Shown: positions 19,511-29,097 of the stretch, one piece after another
Position numbering within the stretch: the stretch's first letter is position 1
Layout of the letters: each line of letters starts with the position of its first letter
NCBI GenBank assembly: GCA_030837345.1
Contig: JAUPKQ010000051.1
Coordinates: 717-64,716 of the forward strand
Direction of reading: 5' to 3'
Source: Actinomycetota bacterium
Lineage (GTDB): Bacteria > Actinomycetota > Actinomycetes > Actinomycetales > Kineosporiaceae
DNA length: 64,000 bases
The notes under the pieces: model-generated
What the model saw: the letters and a program-made list of their open reading frames with translations, nothing else
What the model was told of the DNA's origin: nothing
Databases searched by the model: none
Translations under genes and position numbers: made by a program

Positions 19511-19554
19511 GCGTGTGCAATCGCTGTCGTTATCACGACGGTGATTGCACACGC
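19511..19554 (+). terminator. Intrinsic-terminator-like hairpin.
   Basis: gcgtgtgcaatcgctgtcgt / acgacggtgattgcacacgc forms a 20-bp stem. The two non-Watson-Crick positions would be G-U pairs in RNA. The loop is 4 nt and 'cgagctttt' follows. Confidence 0.65.
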
Positions 19555-19638
19555 CGAGCTTTTCCGGGCAGCGGTTCGATGTGCTGGGTGATCGGGGGCC
19601 GGGTATTCACCTCGATGGTCCGGCTGCTGTCGATCGGT

Positions 19639-20581
<943 letters not shown>

Positions 20582-20632
20582 CCCGCAAGTGGGCGGAGAG
20601 GGACATTGCGGGAAACGCGAGGGGGCAGCGAG

Positions 20633-21199
20633 ATGACAGGGCTGACCACTGATCCGGGGATACGTGACCAGGTGCTGGCCGCCGCCGACCGGTTGTTCTA
20701 TGCGCGAGGTGTCCAGAACGTCGGGATGGACGCCGTGCGCTCCGAGGCGGGTGTCTCCCTCAAACGCCTGTACCAGGTGTTCCCGTCGAAGAACGCGCTG
20801 CTCGGCGAGGTTCTCCGCCGTCGCAGCGAAACCTGGGACGCCGGGCTCGCCGAAGCCTCGGCCGGAGCCACGACGTCCCGTGAACACCTGCTCGCCATCT
20901 TCGACTTCCTGGACGGCTGGTTCCGGTCCGATGACTTCCGCGGGTGCGTGTTCGTGAACACCTTCGCCGAACTGGGTGCCGTCTCGCCCGAGGTCGCAGC
21001 CGTCGCCCGTGCCCACAAGTCGCGCTTCCACCGGTACGTCGAGGGGTTGGTCGCCGAACTCGGCGGGACGGCGGACCTCGCCGCCCAGATCGCCCTGCTC
21101 GTCGAGGGGGCCCAGGTGACGGCCGCCATCACGGGTTCCCCTGTGCCCGCGCGTCAGGCTTGTGCGGCGACGGAAACGCTCCTCGCCGCCATCGGATGA
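20633..21199 (+). CDS. TetR-family transcriptional regulator.
   Basis: HTH 'AAADRLFYARGVQNVGMDAVRSEAGVSLKRLYQVFPSKNALL'. The start is either 20606 or 20633. Confidence 0.85.
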   Translation: MTGLTTDPGIRDQVLAAADRLFYARGVQNVGMDAVRSEAGVSLKRLYQVFPSKNALLGEVLRRRSETWDAGLAEASAGATTSREHLLAIFDFLDGWFRSDDFRGCVFVNTFAELGAVSPEVAAVARAHKSRFHRYVEGLVAELGGTADLAAQIALLVEGAQVTAAITGSPVPARQACAATETLLAAIG

Positions 21200-21250
21200 C
21201 CCGGGGATGAAGCCTGACCGGGTGGGAGTCCGACGGCTCGGCGACCAGCC

Positions 21251-22108
21251 TCACCACGCTTTGCGACGTGCGCCCTCCTCGTCGACGGTCCGGGTCGACG
21301 CGGGATCCGTGGCCGCGAGCATGGTGACCATCTGGTGGGCGAGGTGGAACTCGAAATCCTCGGCGAGCAGCTTCTTCCACGGGCGCGTGAGGACGGCGTG
21401 CGTCATCCGGCGCGCGAAGCGAGGCCGTTCCATGATTGACCGAGCGATCTCCCAGGCGCGGCCGGTGAGGTCCTCGCGGGGGAGGACCTCGTTCACGAGA
21501 CCGAGTTCGAGCGCCGTCTGTGCCGGGATCGAACGGCCCTCGTAGATGTGGTACGCCGCCCGTTTGGTTCCCATCAGCGCCTGGAGGGCCATTCCGAGCC
21601 CGTCCCCGGGGGTGGTGCCGGCGAGGAAGTGGGGGTCGAGGAAGTCGGCGTCGTCGGTGGCGAGGGTGATGTCGCACAGCAGGGCGAACTCGGTGTGCAC
21701 GCCCGGCCCGTTGACCGCGGCGATCGTGGGGATCTCCAACGAGGTGACGAAGTTCTCCACGAGCTTCTTCGCGTCGTACAGGTTCTGGTAGACGTAGTCG
21801 GGGTTCTCCTCGTGCAGGGGCTTCGCCCATGACCTGCCCATGCTGCCGGTGAACCAACGGTCCCCGGTCCCGGTGAGGATGAGCACCTCGTTGGCCGGGT
21901 CGTTGCCGATGTCCTGCCACACGCGGTTCCAGGCGTTGTGGCCCGCCCAGTTGTGGACGTAGGGACCGCCGTCGGTGTGCATCCGCAGTTCGACGACGCC
22001 CCCTTCCCGGCGCATGACGAAGAAGTCGCGGTAGGTCTTCGAGTACTCCTCGAAGGGGGTGGGGGGCACGTATCCCGCCCACCGGGACTCGATGTCCGAC
22101 TGTGTCAT
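21251..22108 (-). CDS. Enoyl-CoA hydratase/isomerase (crotonase) superfamily protein.
   Basis: Start MTQSD is preceded by GAGGAG. 'VVELRMHTDGGP...NEVLILTGTGDRWFTG' and 'IPTIAAVNGPGVHTEFALLCDITLA' are crotonase-fold signatures. Confidence 0.8.
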   Translation of the reverse strand: MTQSDIESRWAGYVPPTPFEEYSKTYRDFFVMRREGGVVELRMHTDGGPYVHNWAGHNAWNRVWQDIGNDPANEVLILTGTGDRWFTGSMGRSWAKPLHEENPDYVYQNLYDAKKLVENFVTSLEIPTIAAVNGPGVHTEFALLCDITLATDDADFLDPHFLAGTTPGDGLGMALQALMGTKRAAYHIYEGRSIPAQTALELGLVNEVLPREDLTGRAWEIARSIMERPRFARRMTHAVLTRPWKKLLAEDFEFHLAHQMVTMLAATDPASTRTVDEEGARRKAW

Positions 22109-22241
22109 GTGAAGGCTCCTCATTCGCTGGATCACTCCTTAATGCGTCTTCAGTGTTGCATTTGGGAGAGGGGAGGGCAACCGCAGAGTGGCGCCGGGTC
22201 CTTATCCTCGACAGGGCGACGCGACGAGAGGACGTGCGGTC

Positions 22242-22859
22242 ATGGACGGACAACCAGGGGCCTCCGCCGCGGCGCGGTCCCGTCCCGGCGGCCGGACGGC
22301 GCGTGTCCGGGAACAGGTGCTCCGGGCGACCGTCGAGGTCGTCGCGTCACGCGGCGTCGAGGGGCTTCGCTACGACGAGGTCGCTCGCACGGCCGGTGTC
22401 AACCGGGCGACCCTCCACCGCAACTGGCCCGACCGCGACGAGCTGATCCGGGAGGCCATCCTCCACTACGCCGAGGACCTCATCCCGGTGCGGGACACCG
22501 GCGACATCTCGGCAGACCTGACGGAGTTCCTGAGCTCGATGGCGAAGGTCAGCCGGTCACCCGTCGGACAGGCCCTCATGCGCGCCGTCACCTTCGCAGG
22601 GGAGGACGCCGCCATTCGCGAGCTCGGCCTCCAGACCCTCGACCGCCGTCTGGACGCGCTTCAGACGAGGATCGACGACGCCGTCCGGTCCGGTGATCTC
22701 CCACCCGTCGACGCGACGTTCCTCAACGAGATGCTTACCGGCCCGGTGCACCTGCACATCGCCCGGGCGCGGCGTCCGTTCGGGCCGGACGACGCGCGCC
22801 GCATTGTCGGCGTCGTCCTCGCTGGGATCCGCGCCACCGCCTGGGACTGGGCGACCTAG
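22242..22859 (+). CDS. TetR-family transcriptional regulator, divergent from the crotonase gene.
   Basis: 'GRTARVREQVLRATVEVVASRGVEGLRYDEVARTAGVNRATLHRNWPDRDELI'. Confidence 0.85.
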   Translation: MDGQPGASAAARSRPGGRTARVREQVLRATVEVVASRGVEGLRYDEVARTAGVNRATLHRNWPDRDELIREAILHYAEDLIPVRDTGDISADLTEFLSSMAKVSRSPVGQALMRAVTFAGEDAAIRELGLQTLDRRLDALQTRIDDAVRSGDLPPVDATFLNEMLTGPVHLHIARARRPFGPDDARRIVGVVLAGIRATAWDWAT

Positions 22860-22911
22860 GACTGGGCGACCGGGCCCGATCTCCAGCGGCACGCCCGGAC
22901 CATCCGTCGCG

Positions 22912-23253
22912 TCAGCCGACGCAGAACACGTTGCCTTCGGGATCGGTGAGGACCCACCACGTGAACCGGCTGTCCGAGCGCTTCTCCACGACCGCCGCCC
23001 CGAGGGTGACGAGCCGGTCGACCTGCGCCGCGGCGTCCGGGGCCGTCAGGTCGAGGTGGATCCGGTTCTTGCCCGCACGGTCCTCCGGCACGGGCTGGAA
23101 CAGCAGGTGCAGCGTCCCGTCCGGTCCGTGGTCCACCGCCACGTAGCCGTTACCGGAATCCCGCACCGTGCCGGACAAGGCCTCGGCCCAGAACCTCGCC
23201 ATCGCGGAGGTGTCACGGCAGTCGACGGTGACGGCATACATCTGGAGCGTCAT
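22912..23253 (-). CDS. VOC (glyoxalase/bleomycin-resistance fold) family protein.
   Basis: 'MYAVTVDCRDTSAMARFWAEAL...LHLLFQPVPEDRAGKNRIHLDL...WWVLTDPEGNVFCV'. Confidence 0.8.
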   Translation of the reverse strand: MTLQMYAVTVDCRDTSAMARFWAEALSGTVRDSGNGYVAVDHGPDGTLHLLFQPVPEDRAGKNRIHLDLTAPDAAAQVDRLVTLGAAVVEKRSDSRFTWWVLTDPEGNVFCVG

Positions 23254-23383
23254 CCCGGCAGTCTGCCGGAGCGGCTGCCGTCCTCGGCCCGGCGAGCCGC
23301 GCGTCATGGCCCCCTTGCCTCTGACACCGTGTCAGGGTGTGGGCTGATGGGTATGCCCTCTGATCGCTTCATGGGAGGACACC

Positions 23384-23884
23384 TTGTCCGTCGAGATCAA
23401 CCACCGGGTTCTGCCCGCCCGGACCGTCGCCTCGTTGCGCGACCACATCGCCACCTACGCCGACGAGGGGGAGTTGTGGCAGCGGTTGACGGCCGCCCTC
23501 CCGCTCGCCGGCGCCCGGATGGCCCCGACCGCCCAGCCCGTCGCCGTGTTCCACGACGAGGAGTACGCCGAGAGCAACCCCGACGTGGAGGTGCAGCTCG
23601 AGGTCGAGGAGCCGTTCGCTCCTGTCGGTGAGGTGCGGTGCGTCGAGGTTCCGGGGCAGGAGGTCGCCGTCGGCACGCTGCGTGGCGGTTACGAGGCGAT
23701 GGGGACCGTCACCGGGGCCGTCGGCGACTGGGTCGTCAAGGAGGGGTACCGCTTCGCCGGGCCGATGTTCAACATCTACCTCGTCGGCCCGGGCCAGGAA
23801 CCCGATCCGAGCCGCTGGGTGACCGAGGTCTGCTTCCCCGTCGTCCGGGACGGAGACGTGTCCCGGGACGGCGTCGGCGGCTGA
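23384..23884 (+). CDS. GyrI-like small-molecule-binding domain protein.
   Basis: TTG start follows GGGAGGA. 'LPARTVASLRDHI...ELWQRL...PVAVFHDEEY...VEVQLEV...VEVPGQEVAVGTLRGGYE...GPMFNIYLVGP' is typical of the SOUL/GyrI-like effector domain. Confidence 0.8.
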   Translation: MSVEINHRVLPARTVASLRDHIATYADEGELWQRLTAALPLAGARMAPTAQPVAVFHDEEYAESNPDVEVQLEVEEPFAPVGEVRCVEVPGQEVAVGTLRGGYEAMGTVTGAVGDWVVKEGYRFAGPMFNIYLVGPGQEPDPSRWVTEVCFPVVRDGDVSRDGVGG

Positions 23885-23945
23885 CGCTTCGACTTCCTGA
23901 TCATTCCCGCCGTGCACCCCCGATCGGAGCGTGGTGCACGGCCTC

Positions 23946-25367
23946 TCAGGCGAAGGCTGCCACGAGATCCTCCGGATCGATCACGGTGAGGCCCTGGAGC
24001 GTGCTCCCCGTACGGGAGACGACGAGGAGCGGGGTCGACTCGTCCGCTCCGGGCAGGCGTGAACGGTGAATGCTGAGCCTGGCGAGATCGTGGGTGTCGA
24101 ACGGTCGCTGTTCGTGCCACTTCACCGATCCCACAAAGCTGATCCTCCCGGCGACCGGGGAACGGTCGGCGCCGACGAGGTCGATCTCCGGATCGTTGGT
24201 CCTGGTCCAGTAGCCGCCGATCTCGTGGGTCCCGGTCGGCAGGATCCCGTCGGACATACGCCGCAGACCCTCCCGGACCACGGGTTCGACGGCACGTCCG
24301 CGCCACGTTGTCCACGAGGCACGGATCCGGTTGAGAACGAGGTCCCCCCGTCCACGGTCGATCTCCGACAGATGCGGTCCCAGAAAGGCGAGCCAGAACC
24401 GCAGGTGGGGATCGGCCACGAGATAGCGCGTCTCCCGAGAAGGAGTCGTCGACAGTGGCGTCTGCGCCTCGACCACCCGTTTCGCGATGAGCAGGCGCAA
24501 GGCGCGCTGCAGGGATGCCTGGGGCAGTCCTCCGGCAGCTCGGGCGATCAAGGCGAAGCTCCGCTCACCGGATCCGATGGCCTGCAACACGGCGCGGGCC
24601 TGCGACTCGGCCGGGAACTCGGATGCCAGGGCGCGTTCACCGCTCACCAGGAGCGCTGAGGTGGGGTCCGGGATGGTTTCTTCGAGGTGGGCCATGACAT
24701 CCGTCTGCGCTTGCCACTCGCTGAGGACCAGGGGGAGTCCTCCTGACACGAGGAAGGCGTCGATCGCCTGCGCAGCCGGGAGACGGAGCATGTCCGCGAC
24801 GTCAGCGGGACTGAGCGGTGGGACGACCATCTCGGTCGCCCGCTGATGGAACGGACGGCCGTACTCGTTGAGTGCCTCCATCATGGCCAGGTCGGATCCG
24901 ATACCGATCAGCAGGAGCTGACGTCGGGAGAATTCCCTGTCGAAGAGCTTCTGGAGGGTCCCCTCGAAACCGGGATCGTTGGCGATCAGGTAGGGTATTT
25001 CGTCCAGGACGACGATGGCTTGGCCGTCCGTCGGTAGAGCCGACACCAACAGGGTGAGGGCGGCGTCCCAGGACTGCGGGTTCTGGCCGGTGAATACCGA
25101 CGCCCCCGGGAGGTTGGAGGACACCGCTGCCTCGACGAACAGGCGGAGATCAGCTTCGAGGGTCGGCTGGGCAGAGGCTGTGAAGTACAGCGACGGGGTG
25201 TCCTGGCGCTCCACGAACTCCTCCACCAGTCGTGACTTTCCGACCCGACGGCGTCCCCGTATCAGCAGGGCCCGACCGGGACGGCCCGTGCGAGCACCGG
25301 CCCGTACCCGTCCGAGCATCCGCTCAAGAAGGGACAACTCCCGTCGACGACCCACAAAACCGGTCAT
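23946..25367 (-). CDS. AAA-type ATPase (Arch_ATPase/DUF234-like ATP-binding protein).
   Basis: 'FVGRRRELSLLERML...ALLIRGRRRVGKSRLVEEF' (Walker A GRRRVGKS) and 'IVVLDEIPYL' (Walker B). The C-terminal part is like the DUF234 nuclease-fold region. Confidence 0.8.
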   Translation of the reverse strand: MTGFVGRRRELSLLERMLGRVRAGARTGRPGRALLIRGRRRVGKSRLVEEFVERQDTPSLYFTASAQPTLEADLRLFVEAAVSSNLPGASVFTGQNPQSWDAALTLLVSALPTDGQAIVVLDEIPYLIANDPGFEGTLQKLFDREFSRRQLLLIGIGSDLAMMEALNEYGRPFHQRATEMVVPPLSPADVADMLRLPAAQAIDAFLVSGGLPLVLSEWQAQTDVMAHLEETIPDPTSALLVSGERALASEFPAESQARAVLQAIGSGERSFALIARAAGGLPQASLQRALRLLIAKRVVEAQTPLSTTPSRETRYLVADPHLRFWLAFLGPHLSEIDRGRGDLVLNRIRASWTTWRGRAVEPVVREGLRRMSDGILPTGTHEIGGYWTRTNDPEIDLVGADRSPVAGRISFVGSVKWHEQRPFDTHDLARLSIHRSRLPGADESTPLLVVSRTGSTLQGLTVIDPEDLVAAFA

Positions 25368-25380
25368 GTCCCCTCCAAGT

Positions 25381-25455
25381 ACTCATCTGGGAAGCACTCA
25401 TTTTTGAAACACTCATCCATGAACGTATCAAAGATGAGTGCTTCCAAGATGAGTG
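25381..25455. promoter_or_regulatory. AT-rich array of five CACTCAT-type sites (3 direct, 2 inverted) on 15-bp phasing, directly upstream of the AAA ATPase start.
   Basis: ACTCAT occurs at 25381, 25396 and 25411. ATGAGTG occurs at 25434 and 25449. The outer arms form a 21-nt inverted repeat with 1 mismatch (25381-25401 versus 25434-25454). The ATPase RBS and ATG sit at 25365-25375. Confidence 0.6.
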
Positions 25456-25658
25456 CCTCCTGGCGCCACGCCGATCAAAGCGCGCAACAGCCGGGCAGCG
25501 GCTGCGGCGGGGTCGGGCGCGGCGGTGATCGCCGAGATGACGGCGACGCCGTGGGCACCGGCCCTGACCAGGGCGGGGACGTCGTCCGCCCCGACGGTGA
25601 GGGCGACGTCCACGCGGTCGTTGACGACGTGAAGGCGTCCGATCATTGCTGCCGTCAT
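25428..25658 (-). pseudogene. Thiamine-phosphate-synthase-like (ThiE-like) remnant with an internal deletion.
   Basis: 'VVNDRVDVALTVGADDV' (ThiE N-terminal part) is joined directly to 'LVRAGAHGVAVISAITAAPDPAAAAARLL' (ThiE C-terminal part). The central barrel is missing. Confidence 0.45.
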
Positions 25659-25659
25659 G

Positions 25660-25815
25660 CGCTCCGCCCGGGGCTGTCGGAACGATGACCACGGCGTGGA
25701 TGTCGGCCTCTCCGGCGCGCCCGTCGTTGCCAGTCAGCTCCGGGCGGAGCAGGGAGTGGTCGATCATTCCTGCCACTTGGGCGACGGTGAGGGGAATGAG
25801 ATCGGAGTCGTTCAC
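25660..25815 (-). pseudogene. Deoxyribose-phosphate-aldolase-like (DeoC-like) N-terminal fragment.
   Basis: 'LTVAQVAGMIDHSLLRPELT...ADIHAVVIVP' resembles a DeoC N-terminus. The frame then degenerates into Arg-rich sequence and abuts the ThiE-like fragment. Confidence 0.4.
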
Positions 25816-26043
25816 GGGGCGCTCTCCTGGACGCCGACCTGGCTCACGGATCCCTGCATGAGGCCCTCGTCGCGGCCGGGCGCACCCTGACCCGAGGGAC
25901 GGCGATCCTGACCGCCGAACCGGCGGAACCTACCGAATAGGAAGGGAACCTTTCTTCTGCCGGATTCCCGCATCGTCCGCCCAGGTTTACCGTAAAGTGC
26001 GCTCGCTGAAAGTGATGCTGTGTGCCATGAGGGGGACAACGCG

Positions 26044-27069
26044 ATGCCCGCACTCACCGCCTGCGGAGCGAACCACGACGGACGGCGGAACCGCGTAGCG
26101 GGCGTCGTCGCCGGGGTACTGGTGCTGTCCGCCGTCAGCGCCTGCGCGGCCGCATCGCCCGTGGCTCCTCCCGGATCTGTTACGCCGTCGGGTTCCGCGC
26201 CGTCGTCGCAGTCTGGTCCGGAACCGCTGGTCTCCCTCGGGGCAGACGCCGCCGAGCCGGTGGATCCGCAGGTCCGTCCCCTCTCGAAGACCACTGCCAA
26301 GCCCTCGGCGGTCGCTAAGAAGTCTTCGGTGGCAGGGAAGAAGCCTCCAGCGCGGGCCAAGAAACCGAAGAAATCCGCTACCTCGATGCCGAAACGCCCC
26401 GCAGAACCGATGGACGCCCGCGACCTGATGAAGTGGGTGTCGACCGCGGAGGACGTGAAGCGCAGCGCGGCGTTCACCGTCACAACCCCGGATCGCACTC
26501 TCACCGGGGTGAGAACCTTCATCGAGCACGTCGGCCTCGAGGCGGACGTCCGCGCGGTGGGGAAGTGGCCGAACCGGTTCGTCATCATCGACGGGACGAC
26601 GTACTTCCGGTTGGACGAGCCCGTGAAGGGTAAGAACTGGGTGAAGTCCGACGACGTTGTCGTCACCGAGGCGAGTCCTCTCGTCCCCCTGGGCAAGGAG
26701 CTGAGCACCCAGGTGGACCCGGTCCGCGGGTGGCTCTGGTACAAAGGTGCGATGCCCGTCACCCGAGGGCGCAGGGTCACGGTGGAGGGTGTATCGGTGA
26801 CACCGTACTCGTTCCGCAAGAACGCCCAGCAACTCATCGCGGACCTCCCGCCGAAGGACGACGACCCGAAGGAATCGCTCCTTCGGGTCGCTTCCGCCCA
26901 GGTCACCTACTACGTCACCGACCAGGGACTGCCCCTCAAGATTGTCGAGGCGGTGACGAGCCAGGGACGTCGTATGGTCACCACGCAGGTGTACCGGCGC
27001 TGGGGACAGCCGGTCACCGTACCCGTCCCGCCGGCGTCCGATGTCACGACGACTCCTCCGTCGTCCTGA
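26044..27069 (+). CDS. Hypothetical lipoprotein.
   Basis: Signal/lipobox 'VLVLSAVSACAA', then a Pro/Ser/Lys-rich linker and a globular C-terminal domain. No family recognised. Confidence 0.6.
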   Translation: MPALTACGANHDGRRNRVAGVVAGVLVLSAVSACAAASPVAPPGSVTPSGSAPSSQSGPEPLVSLGADAAEPVDPQVRPLSKTTAKPSAVAKKSSVAGKKPPARAKKPKKSATSMPKRPAEPMDARDLMKWVSTAEDVKRSAAFTVTTPDRTLTGVRTFIEHVGLEADVRAVGKWPNRFVIIDGTTYFRLDEPVKGKNWVKSDDVVVTEASPLVPLGKELSTQVDPVRGWLWYKGAMPVTRGRRVTVEGVSVTPYSFRKNAQQLIADLPPKDDDPKESLLRVASAQVTYYVTDQGLPLKIVEAVTSQGRRMVTTQVYRRWGQPVTVPVPPASDVTTTPPSS

Positions 27070-27310
27070 CCGGGTCGCCCCACAGGTTCTCGACGGTGGT
27101 CCGAAGCGTTTCGGCAACCCGAAGAGCGAGGTAGACCGACGGCGCGTAGTCGCCGTTCTCCATCGTGATGATGGTCTGGCGGCTGACGCCGACCCGCCGG
27201 GCGAGTTCCTGCTGGGTCACCGCGAGCGCCTTGCGGCGCTCGCGGATCCGGACCCCGGCGCGGCCGTCGGACTGGTCCGCGCGCACCACGCCTCCCGCAC
27301 GAGCCATCAT
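27044..27310 (-). CDS. XRE/Cro-type helix-turn-helix transcriptional regulator.
   Basis: 'IRERRKALAVTQQELARRVGVSRQTIITMENGDYAPSVYLALRVAETL'. Confidence 0.85.
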   Translation of the reverse strand: MMARAGGVVRADQSDGRAGVRIRERRKALAVTQQELARRVGVSRQTIITMENGDYAPSVYLALRVAETLRTTVENLWGDPVRTTEESS

Positions 27311-27876
27311 CGGGTGCCCGAGCCCCCGTCGTGCTGGGCGTTGTCCTCAGAGTCGTCCCCGGGGTCGTCCTCCGGGGAGTTCTCGTGCGCCTGTTCGCGA
27401 CGCCGGACACGGCTCCAGAACGTGATGCCCAGGGCGAGTCCGATCGTCACGCCGGTGGTCACGCCCAAGGCGCCGGACGTCGTCACCTCTTCCTCAAAGG
27501 CGACGTACAGGCCCACCGTCATCACGAGATAGATCAGCAAGAAGACGCCGGTGAGCGCGATCTGCTTGCTGCTCCAGTGCGTCGGGACCGTGCGGACCCG
27601 GTGACGATGGGCGTAGGCGTTCGTCAGCAGCATCGGCAGATACAAGGTCAGGGCGACCGTGAGCACGGCCGGGGCGAGACGGTGTCCGTCCACCCAGACG
27701 AGGACGGCGAGGGCGAGTGAGATGCCGTACAGCTGCACGCTGGAGACGGCGGCGGTCGCCTCGTACCAGCGCAGGCGCTCCTGCTCGTCGCCGTACATGT
27801 CACCGTCGACGTCGAGGATCCAGTGGAACGTCCGGTCGAGGAGCGAAGGGGAGGTCGTGTTCATGTCCTCCAGCAT
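27307..27876 (-). CDS. Integral membrane protein co-transcribed with the XRE regulator.
   Basis: Four hydrophobic helices (e.g. VQLYGISLALAVLVWV, VLTVALTLYLPMLL, ALTGVFLLIYLVMTVGLYVAF, VTTGVTIGLALGITFW). Its stop overlaps the XRE start by 4 nt. The start was chosen at MLEDMN because the palindrome at 27888 lies upstream. Confidence 0.6.
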   Translation of the reverse strand: MLEDMNTTSPSLLDRTFHWILDVDGDMYGDEQERLRWYEATAAVSSVQLYGISLALAVLVWVDGHRLAPAVLTVALTLYLPMLLTNAYAHRHRVRTVPTHWSSKQIALTGVFLLIYLVMTVGLYVAFEEEVTTSGALGVTTGVTIGLALGITFWSRVRRREQAHENSPEDDPGDDSEDNAQHDGGSGTR

Positions 27877-27887
27877 GATGTCTAGTT

Positions 27888-27903
27888 GACTTGACGTCAA
27901 GTC
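27888..27903. promoter_or_regulatory. Perfect 16-bp palindrome, a candidate XRE operator.
   Basis: GACTTGACGTCAAGTC lies 12 nt upstream of the proposed start of the membrane-protein/XRE operon. Confidence 0.55.
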
Positions 27904-28109
27904 CTCTTGACTCGGGGGCCGAAAATGGAAGGATGGTGACATGAAGGATCCGTTAGGTGGCGGAGAGTCACATTGGGGTGAGGCGGCGTCAAGAGTCGGA
28001 CAGCATTGCGTTAAGCGCCTGGATTGAACCGGTATCCGCCTCTACCCTGTGGGGCGTCGATCACCCCGGGGGATGGAAACATCCACCGTTCCGTAGCCGG
28101 GGGAAAGGA

Positions 28110-28991
28110 ATGAACGTGAACGACGGGTCATCGCAGGGGCTTCGGGGATCTTGTCGCTGGGTGGTCACGGGCCTGGTCGCCACGGCATTGGCCGGGGGAG
28201 GGTCGCTGATGGTGGCGACCACGTCGCAGGCGGTGCCGTCGACCTCAACTCTCTTGCTCAACGGAAAGTGCCTGGACAGCAACAAGCACGGTCAAGCGTA
28301 CATCGTCGGCTGTAACGCCGGAAAATACCAGAAGTGGAAGTTCGAGAACCTCGGTGGTCGCGGCACCATTGTGAACGAGGCGACCGGACGCTGCTTGGAC
28401 AGCAATCACGCGGGCGCTATCTATACCTTGAAATGCAATGGCGGATCCTTCCAGGATTGGAACGCCCCGAAGCCGGGCTCTTCTTTCCTTGTGAAGATCA
28501 ATAATGTGGCCACCGGACGGAACCTGGGTCTCTCGTCCAAGGCGAAATTGTTGGCCAGCCCTGGGTCCAAATATTCCTGGTCGCTCGGGGACCTCGTCAT
28601 CAACACCGGTACCCATCGCATCGTCGGCGTGGCCAACAAGTGCCTCGGGGCCGCTCGCGGTTCGACGACCGTCGGAACCGCGGCGGACCTGTACGGCTGC
28701 AACGGGGCGGCCACCCAGAAGTGGATCTTCGGCGGCGACCAGACGGTGAGGGCAGGCGGCAAGTGCCTTGAGGTGAAGGCGTCGACCGCCACCGGTGACG
28801 ATCTGCCGGTACGGCTCAACACCTGCACGGGCTCGGCCGATCAGAAGTGGACCTACAAGTCGAGCTCCGACCTGGTCAACCCGACGCGGGACAAGTGCCT
28901 GGGTCTGCAGGGGAACTCCTCGGACGACTACACGGTCACGCAGCTGTCGACCTGCAACGGGTCGTCCGGTCAGAAGTGGAAACTCACCTGA
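28110..28991 (+). CDS. Secreted protein made of two ricin-type beta-trefoil lectin domains.
   Basis: ATG at 28110 follows GGGGGAAAGGA and a signal peptide is present. (QxW)-type repeats: 'GKCLDSN...YQKWKF', 'RCLDSN...FQDW', 'NKCLGAA...ATQKWIF', 'GKCLEVK...ADQKWTY', 'DKCLGLQ...SGQKWKL'. No catalytic domain is attached. Confidence 0.85.
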   Translation: MNVNDGSSQGLRGSCRWVVTGLVATALAGGGSLMVATTSQAVPSTSTLLLNGKCLDSNKHGQAYIVGCNAGKYQKWKFENLGGRGTIVNEATGRCLDSNHAGAIYTLKCNGGSFQDWNAPKPGSSFLVKINNVATGRNLGLSSKAKLLASPGSKYSWSLGDLVINTGTHRIVGVANKCLGAARGSTTVGTAADLYGCNGAATQKWIFGGDQTVRAGGKCLEVKASTATGDDLPVRLNTCTGSADQKWTYKSSSDLVNPTRDKCLGLQGNSSDDYTVTQLSTCNGSSGQKWKLT

Positions 28992-29097
28992 CCCACAGCT
29001 GATCGCCACGATGTGCTCGCGCCCGGTCGTCGTCGATCACCCACCGGAAGTGCCTCGCTGACGTCGATCTCGGGTGGCTTACCCACTGCCCGGGTCC

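Noticed and set aside
27044-27876. Toxin-antitoxin interpretation of the XRE plus upstream gene pair.
   Set aside because: The partner is a four-helix membrane protein with no toxin-family features. The gene order and sizes fit a regulator/membrane-protein operon better than a type II TA module.
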